Program-made: the position numbers and the translations under genes | Shown: piece by piece, positions 12,590 to 24,924 of the stretch | Position numbering within the stretch: position 1 is the first letter of the stretch | Layout: the number at the start of each line of letters is the position of its first letter | Assembly: GCA_013265495.1 (NCBI GenBank) | Contig: MU058781.1 | Location: forward strand, 10,583,009 to 10,647,008 | DNA from: Vicugna vicugna | Taxonomy: Eukaryota | Length of the DNA stretch: 64,000 bases | Reading direction: 5' to 3' | The notes under the pieces: generated by a model | What the model was told of the DNA's origin: nothing | Database searches by the model: none | The model's input: the letters and a program-made list of their open reading frames with translations, nothing else

Positions 12590-12800
12590 ACCTATTTATT
12601 CTCTCACCTATAAGATAGGTGCTTTCCCCCCCAATATTATAGATGAAGATACAGCAGAGAAAGTCCGTCATACTTTGCTGAGGGCCACCAAAGCAACCAT
12701 CATACCTTTCCCAAGGCCACCAGAGCAACCATCATATCTTGCCTAGGGCCACCAGAGCAGATTGGAAGCTTGAACCCACAGTAGCTGATTCCCAGGCTAA
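12590..12800 (-). mobile_element. MIR SINE containing a 3x32-bp tandem repeat
   Basis: cccaatattatagatgaagatacag...cttgcctagggccaccagagc...ttgaaccc resembles an antisense MIR core. Confidence 0.65.
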
Positions 12801-12889
12801 TACCACCTAAGGGATCTTCCATGATGATGGCTTTATTTGCAGAGACGAGCACATAGCATCACAGTGGGCTTCCTGGGTACTGTCCTCTC

Positions 12890-13007
12890 CAATAAACTGT
12901 AGGTACCTAATTGCAGGGGTTGTAACATATTTATTAAATCCATATTCGCTAGAAACATGCCTGGCACATAGAAGGCCCTCAACAAATGAGTGTTGAATTG
13001 AACTGAA
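12890..13007 (+). mobile_element. L2 3' end
   Basis: tgcctggcacatagaaggccctcaacaaatgagtgttgaattgaa is the typical L2 terminus. Confidence 0.75.
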
Positions 13008-13954
13008 AACTTGCTACCTGCACTGATTTAACTACATTATAATCCCAGATATTCCAACTATCTCCATTTTGTACGATATAGTAAAATGGAAAGGCAGACT
13101 GGTATGAACTGACCTAATACTGCGTGGCCAATTCTTTTCCAATGTCCTCATTGTTAAGTTAAATATCACCTGATATTAACTCAATTCACAGGAGAACAAA
13201 GGGAAATTTCACCTCATGACTTATTTTGGCAAGTGCAATTTCCATGTCTTTTGTCTACACATTTTTTTTCCCCCAACCCTCAGGAAAATGTTATTTCTCC
13301 TGTGTTCAAAACAATGGCCATCACTGATTTGGCTTGTTACAATTTTGTATCTTCACTGTGTGCTAGTATGCCTGAAATTCAACACAAAGTAAATAAATTC
13401 TATTAGCATGAGGTTGTTATTTTTATCATCTTAGTCATACATGTAGGGAAATGTTACAATTCACAGTGAATGTTGCTGGCATGAATACAGAGACCACAAT
13501 AGAAAGACATATATTTAAAGTGACAGGTGCTTTATGCTTTAAGCTTTATCAGGACATACCAGGAAAAGTCCCCTTTTAACCAAGTTCATTATCCTGACTT
13601 GTATAATAATTATTTTCCCTATAGCTACCCCTGTAGGCTATTAAAGTAAAACTTTAGTTCGAGTGAAAATGATCACTAAGACCTGCTTAAGACCTCCAAG
13701 TACTACAATTCTCCTGTTCCACTGGCCACTGGACTGTGGCTGGATAGCAGTGAAGTCAGAGCAACAGAAATACACGGAAGAATAATTACCTCTTCTCCAC
13801 TTCCCCTTAGCTAAGCAAACCTCACTATTTTAACATAAGAGGAAGGTATTGAGCTGATAGTTTTTATACTTGCTAATGAAAAAAAAAATTCACTGTCTGT
13901 TGAGATTGTAGTCTAGAAAATGACTTTATCCTCAATGTGAGTGAATGACCAAGA

Positions 13955-14345
13955 GCAGGCATCAACAAACTATGGATTTGGGTCAAATCCAGCCCTCCAC
14001 CTTCTTTTAATGGCTCACAGACTAGGGGTTTTTTTCCTTTTAATTTTTAAAGGGTTTACTAAAGAAATAGAAAAAAAATGCTACTTTAAACTTTTAGATG
14101 ACTACATTTAATCTGGCTCTAACCTACCACCTAGATTCGACCAAGGATTGTCAAATTTTCTTTAAAAATAAAGGGCTAGATACAGAATATTTTAGATTTC
14201 ATAGGCCATATACATTTGCATATTCTTCTTGTTTTTTCCACAGTTGCTTAAAATGTAAACAAATAAACAACAATTTTTCTAGGAGGCCATACAAAATTAG
14301 AAATTACATTTATGTCCCAGATTTGGCCACCAGGCAGGCCCCTGA
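13955..14345. mobile_element. hAT-Charlie MER58-type DNA transposon fragments
   Basis: caggcatcaacaaactatgg...caaatccagccc and aaagggctagatacagaatattttagatttcataggccata...gatttggcc resemble the MER58 termini. Confidence 0.6.
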
Positions 14346-14349
14346 CCTA

Positions 14350-14547
14350 GTGGATGGTTGACCCATAAGAAGGGATGGAAACTGAATCACCACAGGGAGA
14401 AAAGTACTCCATTAACCAAGAGTTCTTCCCCCTGGGATCACCTGCCTTGGACCATTATGGACTGAGAAATAGATCTCAACCATATTTGAGCCAGGATACA
14501 TGTTTAGGTCTAGGTATTACAGTAGCTAGCTTATCCTAAGTAATATA
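14350..14547 (+). mobile_element. MLT1-type (ERVL-MaLR) LTR fragment
   Basis: gagaaatagatctc...ttgagcca...ttacagtagctagcttatcctaagtaatata resembles the MLT1 3' end. Confidence 0.5.
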
Positions 14548-14549
14548 GA

Positions 14550-15460
14550 AAGGGCAGCTAAGGCAACACTTCCCAAAAAGTGACAGTTAAATGTAGATCT
14601 GAAGGAAAGAAAGCCATGCAGATATTTGGGAGAAGACTTGCAGGATGTTTGGTCCTATCTAAAATGTTCATAAGATGTTTCATTCATGCCAAAAGGTCCT
14701 TGATATTTGGCCCTGTCCAGAACCATTTGGCGTGGACCAGACACATTCATGAACATTTTGGATAGGACCACATGTCTTTTGGTGTGAACCAAATGTCTTA
14801 CAAGCATTTTGGAAATACCTGCTAACCAGAAGAGCATTCCAAGAAGAAGCCCCGAGTCAGGAGCACATCTCTAGAGTATGAGAAGCAGAAAGGATGTGAA
14901 TTTGCTCTCAAATGCTCAAACGGGAAAAATATTAAGATACGAGGTCACAGAAGAAAGAGGCAACTGGATTTCATAGGTCCTCGTGTATAAATAGCTTGGT
15001 TTTTTACTCAGAGAAAAATGGGAAGCCATTAGAGGGTTTCAAGTAGTGACATTAAAAGTCCCCTGTTTAAACAGTTTCACTCTGGCTGCTGTATTGCAAA
15101 TACTTTACATAAAGGGGATCTATGGCGGAAGTGAGAGACTAGTTAGGAGACTGTTGAAATCATTCAAGGGGAAGATGATGAAGAGTTGGAATAAATTCTT
15201 ACCAATGGATAAGGTAGAGCCCACAGGAATTGCTGAAGGATTGATGGGGTACACGAGAAAAAGAAAGAAGCTTAAGATGACTCCATATATTGTGTACTGG
15301 GTGAAGCTGATATTTACTGAATTGAAGACTAGAGAAGGAGTAGGTTTGAAAAATATCAGGGGCTCAGTTTTCCACATGGTAAGAGTGAGACGTCTGTTAG
15401 ACATCAAATGGAGATGTCACAGTTGCAGGTGTACAGAAAAGTCTAAGGCTCAGAGGGGAG
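14550..15460 (-). mobile_element. L2 fragment interrupted by a palindromic insert
   Basis: L2 motifs: gggaagccattagagggtttcaag, tcactctggctgctgt, gagactagttaggagactgttg, ggctcagttttccacatgg. Confidence 0.75.
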
Positions 15461-17184
15461 GTTAGCGGGACCCCTCTCTAATCCGCACCTGTTTCTGCAG
15501 CACTCCTATGACAGTTTTCCTTGCATAGGAATATAGTGTTTTGTTTGCGTTATTTTCCTCTCCTTCTAGATTGTTTACACATTGGAGAAAAGACTGATTT
15601 ATTTCTGAAAAATTTTGTGTCCTGTGCAGCATGCAGCACAATCAATGAACGTTTTCAAATGAAAAAAAATGAGCGTATTTAGGTGAGTCTACAAACACCA
15701 GAGACAGTGTGTTCCTAAGTTCCCATTCTTGTGAAATACAGTAATTGCCCACACTGCTTCTACTCTGAAACATAAAACACTTTATTTTCTAATGGAGAAT
15801 ATCTAAGATCTTTAGAATGCCTAAAATAACCACAAGTTTTCTAGGTAATTATAAAGCTAACTACAGTTTAGAGACTATTGCTACAGAACTGTGACTACAG
15901 TCAAACATTTTTACTTGTGAAAGTATTAATAAAAGTTATACTCAATAGCCCAAATTTCATGGGAAACTACCACCAATTAAGCATTTCATTTCCTCCCCCA
16001 CCCCAGAGATCTATTTGTGAAGGTTATATCTACTTAATATAGAAAAATAGCCCAAATTATGTTATTTCCCAATAAAAGTAACAATAAAAATTGAAAGGTG
16101 GAAACTGTCATCATACAAAGTGATCAAAGTCTCAGTATCTGCTGAAATAAGGTCACAAAGTATGTGGGTTACCTATGGGATATATTTATTTTGTCACGGA
16201 CAAAGTCAATGCTGTGTTTCACAAGTGAATTACAGCTTTCCTCGAAAAATAAATTATGGCAGATATTAGATGATGTATTTGGATTCACAAATGCATTTCA
16301 GCATCTTTTTTTCCTAGCTTCCTAATAAACACTGCCAGGGACCTTCAAGCAATGTGACATTTGTTGCCATTTGCACCTACGAGAATGCTGGAGTGGGTGG
16401 AAATGAAGCTTGATGTTTTAAATAGATCAAGGACTAAGAAGGGATCTTTAGCAGGTTAATGCACTTAGTTTTCCCGGTTGTGACAGATTTTCATTGTTCC
16501 CAAACATAGCACTCCATGCAGAAGGGAGGAGCATATTTGTTTTTCAGCTTGAGCAACTAACTCATCTTTCTTTCCTTACCAGAGGCATGCGCACACATAC
16601 TCCCTCTCCCAACTCCCCTCCCAACACATGCAAAATCCAACAGCTTGCAAATTAAGTTTTTCAAATCTATTTGTGGTTTGCAGTTTAAAATATTTTTGAG
16701 GTCGAAAGTTTTGACATCATTGATTATTTATGAACATTCTTAATTTATGGTTCCCACCTATCACAAAGGAAGGGATCTGTCTCAAAGAATACTTTCATAA
16801 TCAGTAGAAATTCTACCAATTTATCCATATTCCTATAGTTTTAAACTAAATGATACTAGTAGGTTTGGCATATGAATTTACTGTATTTCACTTCTAACAT
16901 ACAGAAATTTTAGAGTTACCCATCCAGATGAGCAATGCTTGAAATTTAGAAATTAAAAAAATTAACTAATTAATTAAATAATAAATGACACATAAATAAA
17001 TAAATAAAGGGAAGTAAATGCACATTGAATATAAAATTCCAATGACTATGACAATGATACCTCAAGAAATTAATACCCCAATTTTCTCTAAATTGAGTTT
17101 CAAAAATAATTTTTTTCTTTATTGCTTGAGGCTTTTTTCAATATTTTAAATATGTTATCCTATTCTTTAATAATCGGAAACATT

Positions 17185-18050
17185 TGTGTTGAGAATTCCG
17201 TCAATAATTTTAGGGATTTCTGTTTATGTAACTTCTTTCTTTTCTCTTGATGCTTTTAAAATTCTTTCTTCGTATTTAACTTATGGCAATTTCATTATAA
17301 TGTGTTTCAGTACAGCCCTATTTGGGATACTTTGAGCCTCATGAATCTGGATGTCCATTTCTTTTCACAGATTTGGAAAGTTTTTAGCCACTTTCCACAG
17401 TGGTCAGGGCTGTGACTCAGCTCTTTGCCTGGGCGTGAGCAAACCAGGCTCTAGGACTGGCAAAACTCCTTCTCTGAGGGTCCAATTTAGGCAGATCTGC
17501 ACCCTGCGGAATTCCCTGGTCAAAGCACACAACAAATTTGGTTCTGTAGATGAGAAAAGCCACTGGTTGGGATTACTACTTGGGCACTGCAGATAGGAAC
17601 TCAGTCTGCCAAGACCGTGTGCAGGTGGTTGCAAGCCCCTACTCTCTTCTCTTTCACAGTCAGATTCCCAGTGATTGAACCCCACAAATCTCCCTGAAAT
17701 TCTTGTGGGATGAGATCGTAGTAGGGGCTCTCACAAAAAACCCACAATGATGGTGGGGGAGCTGGCTGTCCCCACAGGGGGCACAACCCCCACTGGAGGA
17801 ACTGGAGTTTTGGCGGAGCCCTCCATGTGATGCTGAACTGGGCTGGAGGAGGGGCAGTGTGGTCAACATGCAGCTGCTTCTCTTACCCTCTAATGCAGAC
17901 TGCTGTGGTCTCTGCCCTGCAGGGGGTTGCTTCAGCCTCGCCCCCATGCTCTAGGATTCTCTCAGTGGTATCTTATTCTTAAATAGTTGTTAGTTGTTCT
18001 TCTTGTGAGGGGTAGCAAAGTCAAGAATGACCTATGTTGCTATCTTGGTC
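17185..18050 (-). mobile_element. L1 5' UTR plus ORF1 fragment, internally deleted
   Basis: 17185-17395 resembles antisense ORF1 (tctcttgatgcttttaaaattc...gatttggaaagtttttagcca); the GC-richer 17400-18050 ends in cctatgttgctatcttgg, the reverse of the caagatggc-like L1 5' start. Confidence 0.7.
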
Positions 18051-19329
18051 AGAGTTAAAGTTTTTAAAGATGTAAGGTAAATAACATTTGATGGGCAGGA
18101 AGTCTCATTGACCACACAGCTTCTGTTTGAAACTGGAAGATGTGCAGGTATTTCTGAAATACGTTTTCACATCTAAGAAATGCCTTAGGTGATTAAAAGT
18201 TGGATCAATTTTGTCTCTCATTTTTTTTTTTAATTTTGTCTCTTAAGTTACCAATAAGCTCATTCCAGACACACACATTTCATCCATGGTAACTGAATTA
18301 CTGTGCTCCTTCTTAGTTAGCATTTTAAATTAAAGAGTGAGAATGCACTCCGAAAAATCAACAGAATCCATAGGCATTAGTTCTATTGAAACAATATTCA
18401 TAAAACTCTAGATATGCTACAACTCTACTTTCTATGAACATCACTTTGATAGACTTGGACCCAAAATTCACTTATAATAAAGCAAACAGTATATTTAAAT
18501 GCATGAGTGAAGGCTTGTAGCCAACAATAATTTTTCTTCATTCATATTACACACTGATCTAGAGATTTAGAAAACAATATTTTTACCTATTCTCTTCTAG
18601 AATGCAAGGGCTAGGAAAAAGGAGACACAAATTGGTTACATGATTGAGATTGAACCACAAATATTTTGGTTCTTGATTTTTAGCCTCTTTTTCTTAATGC
18701 TGTCATTCAATATGAAAGCAATTTAAAAAGCCATGTCTAGAACAACAGCTGAAAATTGCTAATGCAAATCAGTGGCAGGGAAACCAGAAACTGTTTTCAG
18801 CTCAGTTCATCACAGTATATAGATGTATTTTTCAAACGTTAATCAACAAAAAGTGACTTTGATTCACAGAAGACATGATAAATGTAAGATAGGACCAACA
18901 AAGACCATGGATAACATAGGGTTTCCCCCTTCTTTTCATAAATAATTATTCAGTGATTTAATTTTACAGCAATCTATGTCATAGCACTCGGCCCAGTATG
19001 ACCATATCATAATGTAGGACACTCACATGCCCTAAGATGCTCTGCAACCCTTTCCATGTCCTTGGTTAATTCATGCATCTAATCAAGACAGTAACATCCC
19101 AAAGGGTGTGATCTTGAAGGAGGTATTTCTCTGCAGTAAAGCAATCTCAGCAGATACTGCCAGCCAAATGCAGACTTCTGACCACAATTACAGAGGCCAG
19201 GAAGTCCTGCCTTGAAGGGGACACCTCCATGTCTATTACTAACAATTCATTATTTCATTATTCTTTCTTGATTTTTCAAAAAAATAATTGAATGCCAACT
19301 ATGAGCAAGATACTCTAATAAGGGTTCTA

Positions 19330-19510
19330 AGTGCAATATCTCATATAATACTTATTAAAAACTCTATGATTTACCAGAAATTTTTGCTCCCGTTTATAGA
19401 TAAGGAAACTTGGACACAATACTTAGCTTTCCAAAGGATACATGAGTGGACTTGAACCTAAGGACTCTAGCTGCAGACGTAGAACTTTTTAACCCTACAG
19501 TACAATTGCT
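19330..19510 (-). mobile_element. MIR SINE, preceded by a short L2 end at about 19245-19330
   Basis: cccgtttatagataaggaaact...ggacttgaacctaaggactctagctgcaga is an antisense MIR pattern. Confidence 0.65.
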
Positions 19511-22500
19511 TTCCAAAAAGAATGCAAAGCAGCATGCAAGACAATAAATCATCTTGAATGTCCCAAATTTATTTTTGGTTCAGTGTACTTGTTTCCATTT
19601 AGATTTTATTAAGGTGAGTTACATTTGTATGAGAAAGAAAAATTTTCCTAATTGTGCTATTTAACATGAGAGGGTGACCCTTGTAGTGATTAATGTTTGA
19701 TGTCAAAGATAGGACAAATACAAATAAATACACAGAAAAAAAAGCCAATATTTCTATCCAAAAGTGCCACATGTGTAAAGAGAGATGTAAGAAGGCAGAA
19801 TGATGCAGGGTCCCTAATGTGATCTTTTAAACTTATACCTCACCAGGTGACTGATAGGAGATATGATACTCTGAGTAAAAAAGCAAATATATACAATAAA
19901 ATTGAGTTTAAGGATCTAATTCTCAATAAGACATCATGTTAATGAAATAATTTAAAGTATACTGCCATAGTTCTTTTAGGTATTCAGAAATATCTTATAA
20001 ATCCAAAAATGTACTTTATATTTATTCCCCTAGACACTATTTTGTCCAAACTTCAACCAACATATTTTGTTGTATACATTAACTACTAATTTCTAATATT
20101 ATTAGAAAAGAAATTATCTAGACCCTGAGAGCTATTAGTGCATGGACTACTTTCCCACAGGATATGATGGATGAACCAACACTAAAGTTCTTGAACCAAG
20201 AGTGGACAAAGTATGTGTATTGGGCATAGAGAAAGCAGAAAAGGACACGTTACCCTAATGATTCATTTCTATTTCTGAACTTCCAGAATGAATTGTTATC
20301 AATGATATCAAATAGATACAGAAAAGATTAAATAGGCACAGCTTATTAAATTAAATTAAATGGTTGTTGCCACCCATCAACAACCACTAAAATGCACTTA
20401 TTTCATTATAAATGGTTTTACAAACTTACCTAAGGAATTTAATATAACAGGAAATCATTAAAAATAAAGTAAATGCATTTGAAAGGCTTAATATGTTGTA
20501 ACTACCACATTCCCAAAGAAATTATTTCCAAGATTTTTACATACAGCTATACTCACATCATCCTTATAAATATACTATTACATCTTCATAACTCAATTCA
20601 TATACAATAAAAAACTAACACAACTACTCTAAAGAAAATAAAAAATAGTGATTGAAAGTGGCATAGATGAAAAAGGAACTCTTAGACTATAGAAAATGTG
20701 TGTGTGTGTGCATCTCACTCATACTTCCTTGGACACTTACAAACACTGCTCTTCTGACAAGATTCATGATGTTGTAACGTGGTAATGCCAAGTGAATTGA
20801 GAAACCCAAAGCATCCAGGAGATAGTGATGTTTTAAAATGTACTTTTCCACCCAAGTGACTTTAATGAGAGCATGAAAGTTTTACTTCTAATCTTTCCAT
20901 CAGGACTTGCTCCAAAACACGTATTTTCCACATATCAATGACCACCTTGTACTTCTCCATAAAACATTGATTAAACACACAATACAAGCATTATTTTAAG
21001 AGAAGTAATGAAGAAGACTGGATACTTCTGTCTTTTATGTGCCCATTCGTTTTCTTCCCTTTACTCATTTTCCAGTCCTTTCAATACATCTTCCAAGCTT
21101 CCTGTTTTCAACATAATCCTGCAGTGCCCCCACTCTTCTCTATGCATTAAATTCCTATCCTTGTACATCTAGGTATCACCTGAATTGCTTCCAAATCAAA
21201 TCTTATCAAAAGGATATTTGGCATTTTTTCAGGAATGCTTCAGTCTAAACATATTACTGCAACTTGCTGTCTCTCCTGAGTGTCTTACAGAACAAGTGAC
21301 ATTCTATCCTTTGTGTTTCATTTTGCATCAATGTCCTTTGTCAGAAGTTTCCCAAGGATAGAGGCTTTTTACTTAATTCATTTTGTATTACATTGAATTC
21401 AGTGGTGCTAATTCTTACTGTGAATATTAGAAAATATACTGAAAGTCTTTTTCCTAGGGGATCTGAATATAGGTCTGTCTCCTCAGTTAAACATTTTTAA
21501 AAGTAATAATTCAATAGTGAGCCAGAGAATTCCTTTGAGATCAGAAACATCCTATTTGTCAATTTAGAATAAAATACCTAAGCTCTTTTTCTCCCCTATG
21601 AGCTCATATTTTTTTGCTGCATGGTATGCCTCCAATTTGCAGCCTGGCCTATGAAAATGCCACATTCATATTTCTAAACACACTCAAAGATTAGAATAGA
21701 AGAGATTTGTGGATGACAAAACACTGCTGTCTGGATTAAGCTCTGTGGGCAGGACTCCACGGAAGCCTGCACAGCTGATAAGGGTGGAAATTTAATTTCT
21801 ACCTGAATGGAGCCTGAGTGGGGAGAGCATATCTCTGAAAACTTCAGAGGTAAAAAGCTGGTGATCATAATTTTACCCAGATGGTCTTTTTATTTTGTGT
21901 CCCAACTAATGTATAGTAAAGTAGCTTTAAATGGGTTATTTTCATTGCAGGTGTTCCATCCAGAAAGTGCCCCACTTCTCCAATATTGATCTGTATTGTT
22001 GAATAAACCTTCCGATTTTCTTAGAAATATTCTTTTTGCAATTTGGCAACAGGAGACTTCAGAAAAGAAGGTGGTAAACAAGAAGTATAGGAGTCAGTTA
22101 AACTTTCCTCCTCGGAGCATCATCCGTCCCATGACCACCATGACTAGCTCACTCCCCTAACACTGAGTGGCCTTTTACTTATCCTTTACATCCAAGCATA
22201 AGATATATGAATATGAAACAGGTAAAAGGAGAGTGACGGTGCTTCATTTTCTTTCTTCCTTTTTTTTTTTAAATTGTCTTCCAGCTTAAATGAAAGCAAT
22301 TTCATGCATTAATACCAATTTTATCTCTAACATGCCTTGATTCATGCCCCCAAACGGTGGTCAAATAGCTGGTTCCAACATCACAGTAAATGAAGCTAAA
22401 AGAATAGGTAAATGCATGGGGTTGAAAGACTTAAAAAGTCTGCACTAAGCTTAGCTATTTATTTGTATTCGCACAGTGTGAAATTAATGAAGATACGTTT

Positions 22501-23819
22501 GATGGCCAAGATTCCTATTACTTTGAAATACTGTAATGTAGGTAAGTACACAAGAGTGTTTTAAAACACTATTACTGGAATCCATATCTTGTCTTTTCAG
22601 GAAATAAATTCAGATTTATTTGCTTCATTAATGAGAAACCTAATTCCATTTAAGATTGTGAAAAAGCACACTCTAACGATAAGGCGTATACAGCAGTTTT
22701 GCTCCACAGAAGTTCAATTCTACCTCTTAAATGGAATACTTAAAATGCAATTGTTCCAAAATTTCTTGGCAAACAGTTTTCCTAAGCATTGGCCCAATTT
22801 CTTTGTCACTGCATTTAAGTAAGTTCCCAACTTTATTAAGACTTCAAGCTCTTTGTTGCCAAGAAGAAAACCCACTGAAATGGCAAACAATGAGAGTTGG
22901 GTTTTAAAATAAATTTGGGTTTGCTTAGGCTATTTTAAATTTGGTTTGGAACAAATCAAACATCATTCAAGCTTTGAGAGAGATGAACTGTGTCAGAGTA
23001 TCCCTTGTTGTGAGCTTTTCAGTTGAATTATTATTGCCTTTGGACTGGAAAGATTTATTTTCATAATCATTGCATTAACCATTCCTTTTATTTTGACTAG
23101 TATTTAAGAAGTAAAAAAGTGAAATTCAGCCTGGTTACTTCAATTTTTTTTTCTACAAAAAGTATTTGGAGATACTAAATGCATGGTAAATTGGTATCCC
23201 TGAGGAAGTAATTTTTATTGCCAGTCTGTTTCATATGCTAGAAGATTATACATCATCTACCAATGATCTTTGAAATACTTCCTAAAGAAAACAAACATTG
23301 CATTCTTTCGTGATAGTTTGGTGTGCCTGATTATAAGTGGATACAAAGTACCAAGCACTTAAACTTTCAATCTGCAGAGATAATTAGTGTTATAAAAATT
23401 AAAGATGAGAGGAAAGGGTGCAGGATTTTCCATTCAAAATTGGCACTAAACCTATTGTAAAACTTGGCAAATGTTGAATAAGGTCCAAGGGTCACATACC
23501 TGTAAGTTGTTTCGAGAAGTCATCTAGTGCTCAGCCCTTAAAAATTACTTATTTTCACTTCCTGCCTTTGCATGTTAGCTATATGAATCTCTTCTCTATT
23601 TTAAAAAAATTAAATAACCCCCGCCAAAAACAGTATCATACTTTGACCATCTATCTTCGAGCTTTGAAAACTCCCCCTTCTGATAGATATGTTTAACCCA
23701 AATCTCTCAGGTAGTATATTTTGTCCATTTCTTCTCATGCTGGAGGGTAGTTAGTTACCATCATCAATTAACTAACACTGTGTGTTATTTAAAGCTATTA
23801 TAAAACCACTTTTTAAATA

Positions 23820-23970
23820 CCCTTGCTTCCAAACTAAATAATCCCAATTCTTTTAACCTATCCTCAAAGGTCCCATTTTACACTCTTTAATCATCTCTGT
23901 GGCTCTTCTCTGGATTCCCTGCAAGTTCCCAATGTCCCTACAAGGCTTTGGAACCCCAAACTCAGTAATA
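23820..23970 (-). mobile_element. CR1/L3 LINE fragment
   Basis: ccaaactaaataatcccaattcttttaacctatcctca...ctttaatcatctctgtggctcttctctggattccctgcaagtt matches the remembered antisense CR1/L3 ORF2 3' region. Confidence 0.7.
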
Positions 23971-24924
23971 ATTTGTCTCTCTTTCATCTGTTGTCATGTG
24001 GTAGGAGTTGTGGGTTTGGCTTCCCCTATGACCTAGATTGTAGACAACTCATGGGTAAACAGTATGGTTCTTTGCTTAAGAAGCATTTTTGCTGATAGTA
24101 ATTTCCTACAGAATTAGATGTATCATGGATGCTAACATTAGGGGGTTTTTTGGTCTTAATTTATTTACTGTAGTAGTCTCATTATCAATAAGAGATGAAC
24201 CCTATCATGGCTCTTACATAAACTTACTTAGGTACTCTAATCCCCTGTCTTATTTTGATTTGCTATATAAAAGTAAAAGGCTACCCAGGCTGTTATAGAC
24301 TCTCAACACAAGTTCTTTATAATATAACAATTGTCAATTATGACTTTAAGTTTTATAATTGTCTTTGAATTGATTAAAAAAGAAACAGATGTTTGTAGTA
24401 AATACTTGGCAACTCCTTTTTAAAAAGGAAATGCATGATCTTGGTAATCCAAGCTACAATAGGACAGTTAAATGGGGAAAAAAATCCAAAATATTGTTTT
24501 CTCCTTGAGTTATGTATACTTGCATTAAAACTGGCTAGTTGGAACATATGGCAAAACCTAGTACAATCTTTAAGTAGAATTTATTTATTTTTGGAATAGG
24601 ACTAAGAAAAAAATAGATGGCATGTTGAGCATGGAATCTAGACTCTAAGTATAATCATGATAAATCATACAAGATAAAATGATGAACAATGCATTTTGGA
24701 GTTTCATAAAGAATTTACCCTAGAAAGAACTTTGGAGGGATGGACAAAAAAATATTGGCCTATCTTAAAGACATGAAAGGAATAATAATAGTAATCCTTT
24801 ATACAATCTAAATTATTTATAAAAAGTCCTTTCCAAAACTTATATTCATAGAAAGCAGAACTTCATTGATTTTCAAGCATATTTATAGATTCTGGGTTGG
24901 ATATCGAGGCTATGCCTACATAAA

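Noticed and set aside
12665..12760. CRISPR-like array
   Set aside because: The units are directly adjacent with no spacers, there are no cas genes, and the context is mammalian
19085..19240. Possible MLT/LTR fragment
   Set aside because: Resemblance too weak to call without a profile search
21951..22010. Acceptor ttttcattgcAG|G with a downstream AATAAA as a terminal exon
   Set aside because: All three frames stop within about 20 codons and there is no upstream gene evidence
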